From positions 17,980,001-18,044,000 of the forward strand of contig NC_073383.1 in assembly GCF_028641065.1 (NCBI RefSeq): DNA of 64,000 nt, given 5' to 3'. The notes beneath the pieces are model-generated. The model was not told the origin of the DNA. It was given only the letters and a program-made list of their open reading frames with translations, and ran no database searches. The DNA is from Leucoraja erinacea (taxonomy: Eukaryota). This document shows positions 12,516-23,643 of the stretch, one piece after another; the stretch's first letter is position 1; every line of letters starts with the position of its first letter. The translations under genes were made by a program, and so were the position numbers.

Positions 12516-12726
12516 TACTTCGGAGTCACATGAGTGACTACGTGAAGATTTCAAAGCTCTGTGATTTCATGCCGTGGAAATGAGTCCATGCATCACATCT
12601 GCCTTAATGACTGTGGGAGGAATTGTGTCAACATAATTTAGACATGAATCCGACATTGAAATCCATGAAAAATTTATTAACACCAAATTATAGCCCCTAT
12701 TTATGGGGTAAATTAAAATACAGAAC

Positions 12727-13646
12727 TTAAAATTGTTTCTGCAAACGTTCCAGGTTTAATGACTGGTTTATGATAAAATAGTTGGAATGTTTTTTTTCCC
12801 CTGACCATCCTGCTGTCTTGAGGATTTGGTCCATTGGTACATCCAACTGCATAGCTGCCGATGTAGCTGCAGCTCTGGTGGAATGAGATTTAAAAATATT
12901 AGTATCCACCCAGCCTGTGTTAGAACCTGTTTATGCCCTCTTGAGATGGTCTGGACCGTCACCTTTTTGTGTGGTTGCTTGTGGCTGATTAAAAGTGCCT
13001 TCTCATTGCCTCTGATGATTTTCGTGTTCTCCATGTATAACAACAAATGTCTTACTATACAGAGACGATCATCTGTTGGGTAAGACCTAAATTCTATATT
13101 GAGGCCTGCTGATCCCTGTCTGTTCTGCTTAACTAATTCATAAATATGAAACGTAATATTTCCAGATGAAGAAGTCATGTTGTCCAGTCTTCATTTATGT
13201 AACGACTGTACCCTTTGTGCCGTGACCAAAGCCATTAGCATGACTGTTTTTAATGTCAGTCTATGTAGGGACAGAGCTGTTGCTGGAGACCAATTCCTTA
13301 GCATCGTCAGGACAATACTCACATCCCATATTTGAGAGTACCTGGTTCTTGGGGGATTGGTATTAAAAATTCCCCTCATAAGTTTTGTTACCAGGAGGTG
13401 AGTCCCAACAGAATGACGCTCTGTTCCTTGCCATAGATAAGTTGATAGGGCACTTCTGGCGCAGTTGATGGCACTATAACTGAGCCCCTCATCATAATGG
13501 AGGCCTCCCAGGAATTCCAGAACAGACGGGATGTTCATTGATCTATAGGTGATGCTGTTTCTGTGACAATACATCTCCCATTTCCTGATATAGACCAGAT
13601 ACTGTTTTTTGGTGGACTGTCTGTGGGCCGCCGAAATTAAGTTCAC
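12727..13646 (-). pseudogene. DIRS tyrosine recombinase (frameshifted)
   Basis: 13191-13646: SAM-like N-terminus (STKKQY...W..YC, GLSYSAINCARSALS, WDVSIVL, LMALVTAQRVQSL); 12768-13178: LCIVRHLLLY...TISR; 12727-12909: HSTRAAATS...ILKTAGWS. Confidence 0.9.
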
Positions 13647-13684
13647 TGTTCAGTCCGTCAGTCCCAGCTGTAGTAGAGGTATTT

Positions 13685-15608
13685 TTAGACTCTACAAATT
13701 AATAAATTCATATAGTTATGACATGGGTGGCTATCCCTTGTTACGGGATGAACCAATAAATCTGGTCTATTCGGGATGGTGATACATGGTTCTAATACCA
13801 TGTTGAGTATCACAGGGAACCATGGTTGAGTAGGCCAATCGGGTACTACCAAAATACCAGACGCAGAGTCTTGCTGTATTTTCTTTAATACCCGACTGAT
13901 GAGGCAGAAAGGAGGGAATGCATAAATAAACAATTTCCCCCAATGCAGCGAAAATGCATCTGTCGCCGCTGCCCCAGGGTCTGGTTCCCACGAAACATAG
14001 TTTGATAACTGGTGATTAAGTCTGGATGCGAATAGATCGATATCTGGTGTTCCATACCGTGCTGTAATATCAGCAAATACTTTTTTATTCAACATCCATT
14101 TGGTGTTTTCATTAAATTTGCGTGACCTGGTGTCTGCCACTAAATTTAGTTTACCTGGTAGGTAAGTAGCTGATATCCAAATATGTCTCTGGATACACCA
14201 TTGCCAAATTGTATTAGCCAGATTGTCACATGATGTCGATTTGTTTCCACCCATATGGTCGATATATGCAACCACAGTGGTATTGTCAATCTGTAGTCTA
14301 ACATGCTGGTGATTTAACCCAGAACAATATGACTTTAGGCCATGGAATGCACCCAACATTTCCAGGTAGTCTATGCCCAGTGTTTGTAATAATGATGCCT
14401 CCTGTGCAGTCCATCTACCTCCACAGCTGGAGATGGAATTGGTGGCACCCCAACCAAGTGCACTGGCACCAGTTTGTAGCACCATAGCAGGGTTGCTGAT
14501 AATGATTGGATTGAAACAAAGCCGAATGTTATCTTTTCCACCATTTTAGTTCCATTATAGCTTTGATTGGTAGCTTCATTGGTCTGTCAAAATGACCAGC
14601 ATTAATTTTGAGTGCTCGTATTTTTGTTCTCTGTAAATTTTGGTAATGTAAAGGTTCGAATTGTATGGCTGGAAAAGCAGCCACCATTTTGCCAATTACT
14701 TTTGCTACCAATCTGATGGATGGTTTATGGATGTCAATGAGGTTATTGCAAGCCTCTATTAAGTCTATAGCCTTTCCCTTTGGCAAAGTCACCGACATGT
14801 GAACTGAGTCAATGGTGAACCCCAAATAGTCCATAGTAGTGGAAGGCGTTAATTTAGATTTAACTGGATGGATAATAAACCCCAGTTTTTCAAATAACGT
14901 TTGTGGCTGTTACAGTTTGTTTGGCCAATTCCAAAGGTTTGCCCACAATAAGTATGTCATCTAGATATGCCATGACCATGTGTTTTTGTTTCCGTAGAAA
15001 CGCTAGGGCTGGTTTCAAAGTTTTTATGAACAGCCTGGGGGCTGATGTTAACCCATTTGGCAGCGCTCTATACTGCCATCCTGTCCCATCCAGTTGAATT
15101 TTAAATAACATCTGTGGTCACCTCGTATAGGCACTGAATAGTAAGCATCTTTTAAATTGATGCTAGCCATGAAACCTTTGGAAATCAATTGTTTTGCAGT
15201 AACAAAGGTTTCCATTTTAAAATGAATATATTGTACAAATGTATTCAATTTGGTCAAATCTATGATGATGCGACAACCACCATCTTTTTTGTTTTTGGTA
15301 AAGATATTGGACACGAATTCTAGCGATTCGTGTTGGGATTTTTCAATTACCCCTTTTGCGTAAAGCCGCTCCAGTTCAGCATGCGCTTCTGATTTTTCTT
15401 TACCTGAAAGTACGAACATTCGGTTCGGTACATGCTGAACAGGAGGGCTGTATTTGTGTATAAATTCTATGGTATATCCCTGGATACTGCTTAAAATATA
15501 AGTGTTGGTAGTTAACATACTTCATGCATCCAGAAAGAAGTGTAATCTCCCCCCAACCTCCATGCTCCCTGCAATTTGTAGGGAACCAGACCCACCTACC
15601 TCCATAGT
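13685..15608 (-). pseudogene. DIRS RT-RNaseH-methyltransferase-like ORF (several frameshifts and stops)
   Basis: VGGRL start; KKDGGCRIIIDL, HFKMET, LKDAYYSVPI, LPNGLTSAPRLF, AYLDD, YLGFTID; RNaseH T(D>G)AS..GWGA and DNTTVVAY; MT-like DLFAS...YAFPPF. Confidence 0.92.
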
Positions 15609-15622
15609 TACCAGTGGCAGGT

Positions 15623-16240
15623 TTACTTCTTTTTGTAAATCCTTCGTTGATGTTGAGGCGCCGGTGTCTGGGTTTGTGGTTGGGTTGGTGTTGGAGGTTT
15701 GCGTATCTTCCAAAAAGGCCGGTCTGGGCCATGGCCTAAAAAAGACTCATGTTCGGTGTACCGGACCTTCGAGCTTTCACCAGTTTGTCTTGTTCTACTG
15801 GTGGGTGCGTAAAGGTGCTGTTTATGGCCATAGTAGGTTTTTGATGAAGTCGCTTTTATGAGCCCCAGGGTTTTTGCCTCCTCATCGAGCTCCTTGACTT
15901 GCTTCGATAGGTTACCTCCAAATAGTAAAATTGGTGGTTTTACGTTTCCAGGTTTGCACAGACTTGCGAATTTCGGGTTTAGAGCAGGTCGGATGGCAGT
16001 CTTCCTGATGCTGTTTATTTCATATTGTGTGTTGCAAAGCAGTGCCAGTGCATCCTGTTGGTCCTGCGACATGTCCTTCTCATCTACTGGGCGGGCGAAA
16101 GCTGTTATTCCTGCTGTTAGCAGCTTTAATACCTTTTGGAGTTTGACATCCATGCCTCTAACTCCTGCTCTGATATGTTTCCATATGCAATTGTTTACAA
16201 CAGGAACATTCAGGGATATAGTTACCCGGTTAGCCATCTC
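15623..16240 (-). pseudogene. DIRS gag-like ORF1 (5'-truncated)
   Basis: ORF 15623-16249 with VPVVN..IW, DVKLQKV, DALALL, RK.AIRPALN, LLFGG, resembling DIRS1 ORF1; lies directly upstream of RT. Confidence 0.75.
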
Positions 16241-16646
16241 CATCATCAAAGACCCCTACCACCCATCGCATCACATATTCTCCATCCTGCCATCTGGGAA
16301 GAGGTACAGGAGCATTAGCTGCAAAACCAGCAGGATGCTCCTCAGCTTCTTCCCGCAGGCTATAAGACTGATAAACAGACTTTGCCCCCTGCCAAAGTAT
16401 CGTGCACCAACCACCAACCTGGACACACTGCAGCAGAGCCACTGTCGTGCCGCTGCCGATCGGAACGCCTGTTGATGTTTAGTAGAGTGTTAGTTTGTTC
16501 ATGATATATGTATTTTTATTTCTATTTATTTTTTAATGCACACTGAATGGACACTGGTTGAGCAACGTTTTTTTGTTTCCTCTGGGTATGTGAATACTCA
16601 GGAAATGACAATAAAGATATACAATACAATACAATACAATACAATA
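16236..16646 (+). mobile_element. Rex1/Babar-type LINE 3' end at the DIRS truncation point
   Basis: IIKDPYHPSHHIFSILPSGKRYRSISCKTSRMLLSFFPQAIRLIN C-terminal motif, then AATAAA and a (caata)n tail. Confidence 0.85.
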
Positions 16647-16730
16647 AAGAGAGTAGAGCAGTGGGCCGTGCATGTAGCCTTGGGATGCACCAGTGTTGAG
16701 GGTCAGTGAGGAGGAGATTTTGTTACTCAT
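16647..16730 (-). mobile_element. Rex1/Babar RT fragment
   Basis: SSSLTLNTGASQG..HGPLLYSL resembles the [16 protein letters not shown] motif in ORF 48098-48880. Confidence 0.7.
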
Positions 16731-17239
16731 CTACAACATTGCACAGTTTATTCCTTCAACTATTCAACTCACTATATTCAGGTATTGAATAGTATTGAAA
16801 GAATCAGCAGGATGCCTTTCCGTTGCTGGATTCCTGCATGCATTTTCTAATTTTCTGCCATCAAAGGCAGCAAAGGCAAGGTAAACCTGTATCAACATTT
16901 ATTTCTATAAAATTATATTACATTGTAGGAGAGTATTCATTACTCATTGCGGCTCCACATAAAATGTTGAAGATAAAATGTGGCACAAATTGAAAAGAAG
17001 CCTGCGTATTCTTAATTTATCATAAAGGTTTAAGCTGTCAGCAAGTACGTAGCATAGAATACTGGTGTCACACAATTTTAATTATTTCAAAGCGATGCAT
17101 ATATTGCTGGTAACACCAGCACATTTATTAAACCAGTGTATTAACAACCTATTTTACTCTGTGATGGCTGCGTAATTGCATTTTTTTCCTTTTTTTACTG
17201 AATTCATAAGTTCAGAAGATATCAGAGACCCTGGGAATC

Positions 17240-17764
17240 CAGTACAAACCCTGGTCATCCGGCACCTTGGCACTTTGTGGCGCCAGACTGGCAGAGCTTG
17301 AGCACTATGGGATGTCTATGTGAAACTCCAGTACACTTTTAATTCACGTTTTTTAAGATACATTTGAATACATTTTCCAGCCAAGCGATTTAGTTTAAAA
17401 AGATCACTGATTAGCCTTAGGAAAAAAAAGGTAAGAAACAGGACCCTGGTGAGCTTAAAGAGGCCAAGAAACAGGGCTCCATTGAGTTTAAAGGGAGTAT
17501 TGTAAATGGGGCCCCTGTAAGTTTATAGTGAGCATAGAAAACAAGGCCCCAGAGAGTTTAAAGGGAGATTGAAAAACAGGGTTCTGGTGAGTTTAAGAGG
17601 GTGAGAAAGATTCCAGTGGGTTTAAAAGGAGGCACTGTTGTTTATAAAAAGAGTCTGGAAAAGGGGCCTCGGTGAGTTTAAGGGGACTGCAGGAAACAGA
17701 CCCAGGTGAACTAATCCATTGGATTTCCCATCAAATTGGATAGCAGATCATCAAAGTTTTACTG
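17240..17764. mobile_element. Decayed pogo/Tigger-like MITE containing a ~32-bp degenerate minisatellite
   Basis: Ends cagtacaaacc...catccgg and gatcatcaaagttttactg|ta form imperfect TIRs; repeat unit ~gaaacagggccctggtgagtttaaaggga at 17433-17712. Confidence 0.5.
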
Positions 17765-17774
17765 TAGTGTCAGT

Positions 17775-18100
17775 GGTGTACAGTTGCAGGGCTGGTATTC
17801 AGAGGCTTGGAATAATGATATGGAGGCATGAGTTCAAACTAAATGACAAAATAATATAGAATAACATAATGTTGATGTCAGATCGTCATAAAATGCCATC
17901 TGGCTTGTTGATGTTCCTGAGGGAAGAAATGGTGTTACTTTATTAATCAAACCTGGCTTTGTGGACAACAGCTCCACAACAATGTTGTTTACTCTCCATT
18001 ATCCAGTGTCGTGGCCTCACAAACCAATCAGTACAAAGTCAGTTAAAAAAACGGTTAATGAATGCCAGCATTGCTCTCATGTACCTTGAACAAATAATAA
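17775..18100 (+). mobile_element. Older tRNA-derived SINE (second family)
   Basis: gagttcaaa B-box-like motif plus a body shared with 54378-54880 (+) and 26050-26385 (-). Confidence 0.5.
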
Positions 18101-18659
18101 CAAAAATTGTTGTGACATTTGGAGTTGCATGTGAACATTGGCTGACAGCTTAAATGTGAATGGTAACACTGATTGGCCTGAACAGATAAATCAGTGCGCT
18201 GCTCAATGCTTCTCGCATTGCCCGCAATTTTATTTAAATTATAAATTTTCTGCTGCCGTGAAAGAATAATGCATTATTAATAAACCAACTATTGCAGCAG
18301 ATCTATCTTGAGTGCAGCAAATTACATGCTCAAAAGCCACGGCGGGTTTGTTAAATGGAATGCCCAGGTCAGCAGGAGTTAAGTAATGCAAGGAACATTA
18401 TTGACCTTGACCAGAATCAGAACGTGAAATTGCTTTTTTTCATTCCTTATTCCGAAAGGTTCATAAGTTCCAAAGTTAAAAGGGGCCCTGGCAATGGTAG
18501 CATTGAAATACAGTTACTAGATTAGTGGGATGACAGTAGTATAACACATACTTCAGGCAACCGAATAATTCAGCTGTTGTGCATTTCCTAATATATTAAC
18601 CAATTGTGCAATGGATTGTTAAAGTCCAACCAGTGTTGGACATTCTGGTAGCTGGTATA

Positions 18660-19200
18660 TAGGACATAGAACATAGAACGGTACAGTACAGGAACTGGCC
18701 CTTTGACCCACAATACTTGTGCCGAACAAATTAAACTGTTCTCATCTGCCTGAACATGATCCATATCTCTCTATTCCCGGTACTTCCTTGTGGCTATCTA
18801 AAAGTCTCTTAAACGCCACTAATGTATCTGTCTCCACAACCACCCCTGGCAATGCGTTCCAGGCCTCGACTGCTCTGTGTAAAAAAAATTGCTTTGCACA
18901 TCCCCATGAAACTTATCCCCTCTCACCTTATAGCTATGTCCTCTTGTGTTGGTCATGGGGAAAAGGGTTCTTCCTGGCTACCCTATAATAATTTTATATA
19001 CTTCTATCAAGTCTCCCGTCAACCTCCGACGCTCCAGAGAAACCAATCTAAGTCAATTCAACCTCTCCCTGTTGCTGAAACCCTTTAATCCAAGCAGCAT
19101 TCTGGGAAATCTCTGCACCCTCTCCAAAGCCTCCACACCTTTCCTTGGCATCATGTTTGGTACAGACATTGTGGGCTGAAGGGCATGTTCATGTACTACA
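18660..19200 (-). mobile_element. Older CR1-type LINE 3' fragment
   Basis: (catagaa)n tail, caatgcgttccagg..cactctgtgtaaaaaa, tctctgcaccctctccaaagc. Confidence 0.7.
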
Positions 19201-19662
19201 CAATATTCCAGACGTTGAATTCATGGATGGGTGACTAAATATCTTAATAACTCTTATAGGAACATTTGCCTCTCTAAAGGGAGGTTTGAATCCTGGACTT
19301 GTATAGCAGTCGTTTGACAATTCAAACAGAGTGAATGAGAGCATATAAAAGCAGTGATCTATTGTTTTGTGTCTACTGTAGGTTCTATGTCAAATGTAGC
19401 CTATTGGTGAAATATACAAAATCTAATACGATTGCAGAATGTATTTGATTTAAGTTGGACTTTTGCTTGGTTCATTATCTGGAGAGTACTTATAATTGAC
19501 AAGGTTGAAAAGAAAAAGGATGATGGTTGGGAATGCATAAGATAAATTACCTTTAGATGCAGGGAGGTGATTCATTTTTTTGGTGCTCTGTGCTTTATAA
19601 TGGAGTGCACTTCATCACCAGAGATACCAGCGTTTAGTTTAGTTTAGTTTAATTTAGAGATA

Positions 19663-21317
19663 CAGGTGCACAACCTTTTATCCGACGATCCAAATAATGG
19701 AAACCTCCGAATAGCGACATTTTTTCGGTCCTTGAAGAAAGGTCCTTGAAAACGTTCACCGAGGGCGGCCCGCAGAGGTGACAGCGGAACCTCCGGTCGG
19801 TCCTCAAAGAAAGGGGAACTAAATCCCCATCCATAAAAGAGAAAGTGAGGGTATATTGCGCGGGAGGGTTAATAATTGACAATATGCTGCTACCTGCCCG
19901 CTGAGTTAAAAAGTTCCCACGGTACACAGTGTATCGTGAGTCTTGCGTGGGAACGTTTTAACTCAGCGTGCAGACAGCAGCAAATTGTCGCTCCCTTCAG
20001 TTTCACCCCACCTACACCCCTCTGCTTCCCGGCCATGTGTGTGACCCCTTCCCTCCCCTCTCCAGTTCCCCGCCCATTGCACCGGCGCAGGGGCTTTGCA
20101 TTGTCTTCACGTCGGCGATTCTAGCAGCGCAGTGCAGTCACCGGAGACGTCAGGACCAACGGGACACCGACCCCCAGGCCCACCGCAAGCACGGAGATCC
20201 CAGAGACCCACAGCCTGCAACAGCCCAGCCCCGTTCCAACTCCAGAGGAAAACTGCAAACTGGCCGGAGACGTCAGGACCACCAGAAGCCACTCCCCGAT
20301 GGGCCGCTACGGCGACAAGTGGCAGTTCGCCCACAGCCCGAGCAGCGGCCTCTCATCGGGACACCGACCTCCAGGCCCACTGCAAGCACGGAGATCCCAG
20401 ATCAGCAACTCCAGCCCAGCCCCGTCCCAACTCCAGAGGAACACGCTCCCCATATGGGCAGAAGCTGATAGTGTGGAAGGTACTTCTTGTTCTTGGGGTC
20501 GCGCAGCTCGGGCTGTGGGCGAACTGCCACTTGTCGCCGTAGCGGCCCATCGGGGAGCGGATTCCTCTGGAGTTGGAGGGGGAGGGGGGTATTGTGCTGT
20601 TTGATCGCCCCCTGCTATCCCAGGGACAGGGAGACAGGACGTTCACCGAGGGCGGCCCTTAGAGGTGACAGCGGAACCTCCGGTCGGTCCTCGAAGAAAG
20701 GGGAACTAAATCCCCATTCATAAAAGAGAAGGTGAGAGTATATTGCGCGGGAGGGTTAATAATTGACAATCTGCTGCTACCTGTCCGCTGAGTTAAAAAG
20801 TTCCCACGGTAGACACGATACACAGTGTATCGTGAGTCTTGCGTGGGAACTTTTAAACTCAGCGTGCAGGCAGCAGCAGATTGTCGCTCCCTTCAGTTTC
20901 ACCCCACCTACACCCCTCTGCTTCCCGGCCATGTGTGTGACCCCTTCCCTCCCCTCTCCAGCTCCCCGCCCATTGCACCGGCGTGGGGGCTTTGTACTGT
21001 CTTCACGACGGCGATGGCTGCAGGTCTGTGCAGTCACCGGAGACGTCAGGACCAATTGGACGTCGACCACCAGGCCCACCGCAAGCACAGAGATCCCAGA
21101 GACCCACAGCCAGCAGCAGCCCAGCCCAGCCCCGCTCCAACTTCTTCTGCCGGGATCAAGGCGCAAACTCGCGACCTTGCGGATATGAGCCGAGCACTCT
21201 ACCACTGAGCCAGCCATTAAAATCTACGCAAAAAATTTTCCATTCCGAAGACCGACAAATTCTGAATTACGAAAGGTGTCTGGTCCCAAGGCTTTCGGAT
21301 AAAAGGTTGTGCACCTG
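19663..21317. mobile_element. Non-autonomous Tc1/mariner-pogo-type element (composite MITE)
   Basis: Perfect 23-bp TIRs caggtgcacaaccttttatccga / tcggataaaaggttgtgcacctg; TA on both sides (19661-62, 21318-19); GC-rich non-coding interior. Confidence 0.92.
21147..21216 (-). other. tRNA-like (Met/CAT-type) segment inside the MITE
   Basis: Reverse complement tggctggctcagtggtagagtgctcggctCATatccgcaaggtcgcgagtttgcgccttgatcccggcag: A-box/D-arm, anticodon-like arm, variable loop aggtc, degenerate T-arm. Confidence 0.55.
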
Positions 21318-22249
21318 TACAATGCGGAAACAGGCCCTTCGGCTAACCGAGTCTGCATCGACTAGTGATCCCCGCACACTAGCACTAGCCGACACACACT
21401 GGGACCAATTTACACTTATACCAACCCAAGCCAATTAACATGCAAACCTGTACATCTTTGGAGTGTAGGAGGAAACAGAGATCTCGGAGAAAACCCACGT
21501 GGTCACGGGGAGAACGTACAAACTCCATACAGACAGCACACGTAGTCGGGATTGAACCCGGGTCTCTGGCGTTGCTAGCGCCATAAGGCAGCAACTTTAA
21601 CGCTGTGCCACTGTGCTGCCAAGCCGTCAGGAAAGTCAAAGTCTCTAGATGGCAAGGTTAACAGCTCTGTTTGGGTTACTGCACTCCATTATTTCTGCAC
21701 TGAGAGCATTTAAAAGTTGATATCTGTGATCCGTATGTTCTCTGTGGCCAAATACAGGCAGGTGGGACTAGTTTAGATGGGCATGTTGGTCGGCGTTGGC
21801 AAGTTTGGCCGTAGGGCCTGTTTCCATGCTTTACGGCTCTATGACTATTTTTGCTGGCTCCTTTGCCCATATCCATCGAACAAGAGTCAGAAAACGTGGA
21901 GGCTCACTTCCAGTAACTCTGATCCCCCTCTCATTTGTTCACCAAGGAGTCAGAGAGAAATGCAAGCGCAAGTTGTTTAACAGGAGAAATTGCCTCCTTA
22001 AATGAACCGCCCCGACTGATAGAGAAAAGCAGTGTTGTCAAAGTGAGCAGCTTTCCCATTACTTAAGTCTGTCTAGTCCGGAGACAGCCAGATGAGTTCG
22101 CAAGGGGATCTGGGATTTAAAGCACTCCAGGCCTCTTTTTTTGCAGCAAATTCTCACACCTGCCCTAAAGCTGTTGAATATATAAAGATGAAACCAGAGT
22201 AAAACATTCAGCCCTGTATCCCAGCTTTGTCAATAAAATCATGGTTGAT

Positions 22250-22518
22250 CTAGGGGTAAGCCATTTGGAACGGAGATGAGGAAACACTTTTTAGTTGTGA
22301 GTCTGTGGAATTCTCTGCCTCAGAGGGCGCTGGAGGCCGGTTCTCTGGATACTTTCAAAAGAGAGCTAGAAAGGGCTCTTAAAGATAGCGGAGTCAGGGG
22401 ATATGGGGAGAAGGCAGGAACGGGGTACTACTTGGGGATGATCAGCCATGATCACATTTGTATAGCGGTGCTGGCTCGAATTGCCGAATGGCCTACTCCT
22501 GCACCTATTGTATATTGA
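22250..22518 (+). mobile_element. CR1-type LINE 3' fragment
   Basis: LWNSLPQRALEAGSLDTFKREL...GYGEKAGTGY plus the CR1 3' UTR. Confidence 0.88.
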
Positions 22519-22559
22519 TCTCTTACCAGTGCTAATTACCCGACACCCCTTGCATTTTC

Positions 22560-23000
22560 TTTAACATCTAAAACACAGCCATAAAAGGTAATAGATTGCA
22601 AAGATTCACCACCCTCTGGGTGAAAATACTCTTGTCATTTTTGTTCTGTATGGCAGACCTCTTATTATAAGTCTGTGACCTTTAATTCCAGCCAGGAGAA
22701 AAATAAACTCCATCTTATCAACCCCCTTAGGAATTGCAATGATATCACCAAAATTCTCGAGAGTGTGGGATGCTCCTGATTAATCATTTCTCGTAGACTA
22801 ACTCTCCATTCTAGGAATCTGTCGAACCTTAGCTGCACTCCTCATCACAAGCAGGCATTCCGTTCTCACAAGGAGACCACACGTGGGCACAATTATCCAG
22901 TTGTGGTCTTTGCAGTGCCTAGATAATTGGAACAAGACATGTTTTGTATGCACATCATTTTGCAATAAAGGTTCATCTACATGTTAACTTCTAAAGATTT
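22560..23000 (-). mobile_element. Old CR1 relic
   Basis: agattcaccaccctctgggtgaaa...ggagaccacacgtgggcacaattatccagttgtggtct is a degraded reverse-complement ORF2 end. Confidence 0.6.
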
Positions 23001-23425
23001 GTGACAAAGGTCAGCGGATCCATCTGAATTCAATCTCTCTCCACTTCAAAACAATATTCTGTATTACTATTAAATGGTTCAATCGCATTTGTCACACATA
23101 CAACTGTACAGTGAAACTCTTTTTGAATATTACACATGCAGGCGCCGCCAAGTTTTGTCACCATTAACAAAGTCCAAAGTCGGGTTGGTCATCACTCTCA
23201 GGCTACTGGAGCAGTTCCTGCGCACCAACGTCTCTCTCCTCGTCTGGCCATCTTTGTGTCCTGGGGGAAGCTCCTTGTTTCCTACCAAAGTTGTTGATCA
23301 CTGATTTTTCCACATTATATTCCATCTGGTGTATCCTTGTCCATTTCCTAGTCTGTCAGTACGGCTCAGCAGTATGTCTGCATTCTCCCAACAGAGCGCA
23401 CGATGACACTTAGCATTGCATCATA

Positions 23426-23643
23426 ATGCCCCTGTCCCACTTAGGAAACCTGAATGGAAACCTCTGGAGACTTTGCGCCCCACCCAAGGTTTCCGTGTGG
23501 TTCCCGGAGGTTGCCGGAGGTTGCAGGTAGTGGAAGCAGGTAGGGAAACTGACAAAAACATCCGGGAACAGCATAGAAACCTTGGGTGGGGCACAAATTC
23601 TTCAGAGGTTTCCGTTCAGGTTTTCTAAGTGGGACAGAAGCAT
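23426..23643. mobile_element. Palindromic MITE (~218 bp)
   Basis: Long TIRs atgcccctgtcccacttaggaaacctgaa...gaaacctctgga / ttcagaggtttccgttcaggttttctaagtgggacagaagcat, flanked by TA; same family as 62043-62278. Confidence 0.88.

Larger units (their letters stand above)
12222..16240 (-). mobile_element. DIRS1-type tyrosine-recombinase retrotransposon, 5'-truncated and decayed
   Basis: Minus-strand order gag / RT / RNaseH-MT / YR, followed by an internal complementary region and a 3' terminus ending in ...TTT. Confidence 0.93.
19632..21620 (-). mobile_element. HE1/V-SINE-type SINE split at a TA by the 19663-21317 element
   Basis: Reconstructed empty site tttagagaTAcaatgcggaaacaggcccttcgg matches uninterrupted copies such as 61752-62042. 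Confidence 0.88.

Noticed and set aside
17433-17712. Possible CRISPR-like array
   Set aside because: Units are contiguous and degenerate with no unique spacers; vertebrate context and no cas genes.
19876-21438. Many overlapping 80-166 aa ORFs
   Set aside because: By-product of the GC-rich, internally repeated MITE interior; no transposase or other domain motifs.
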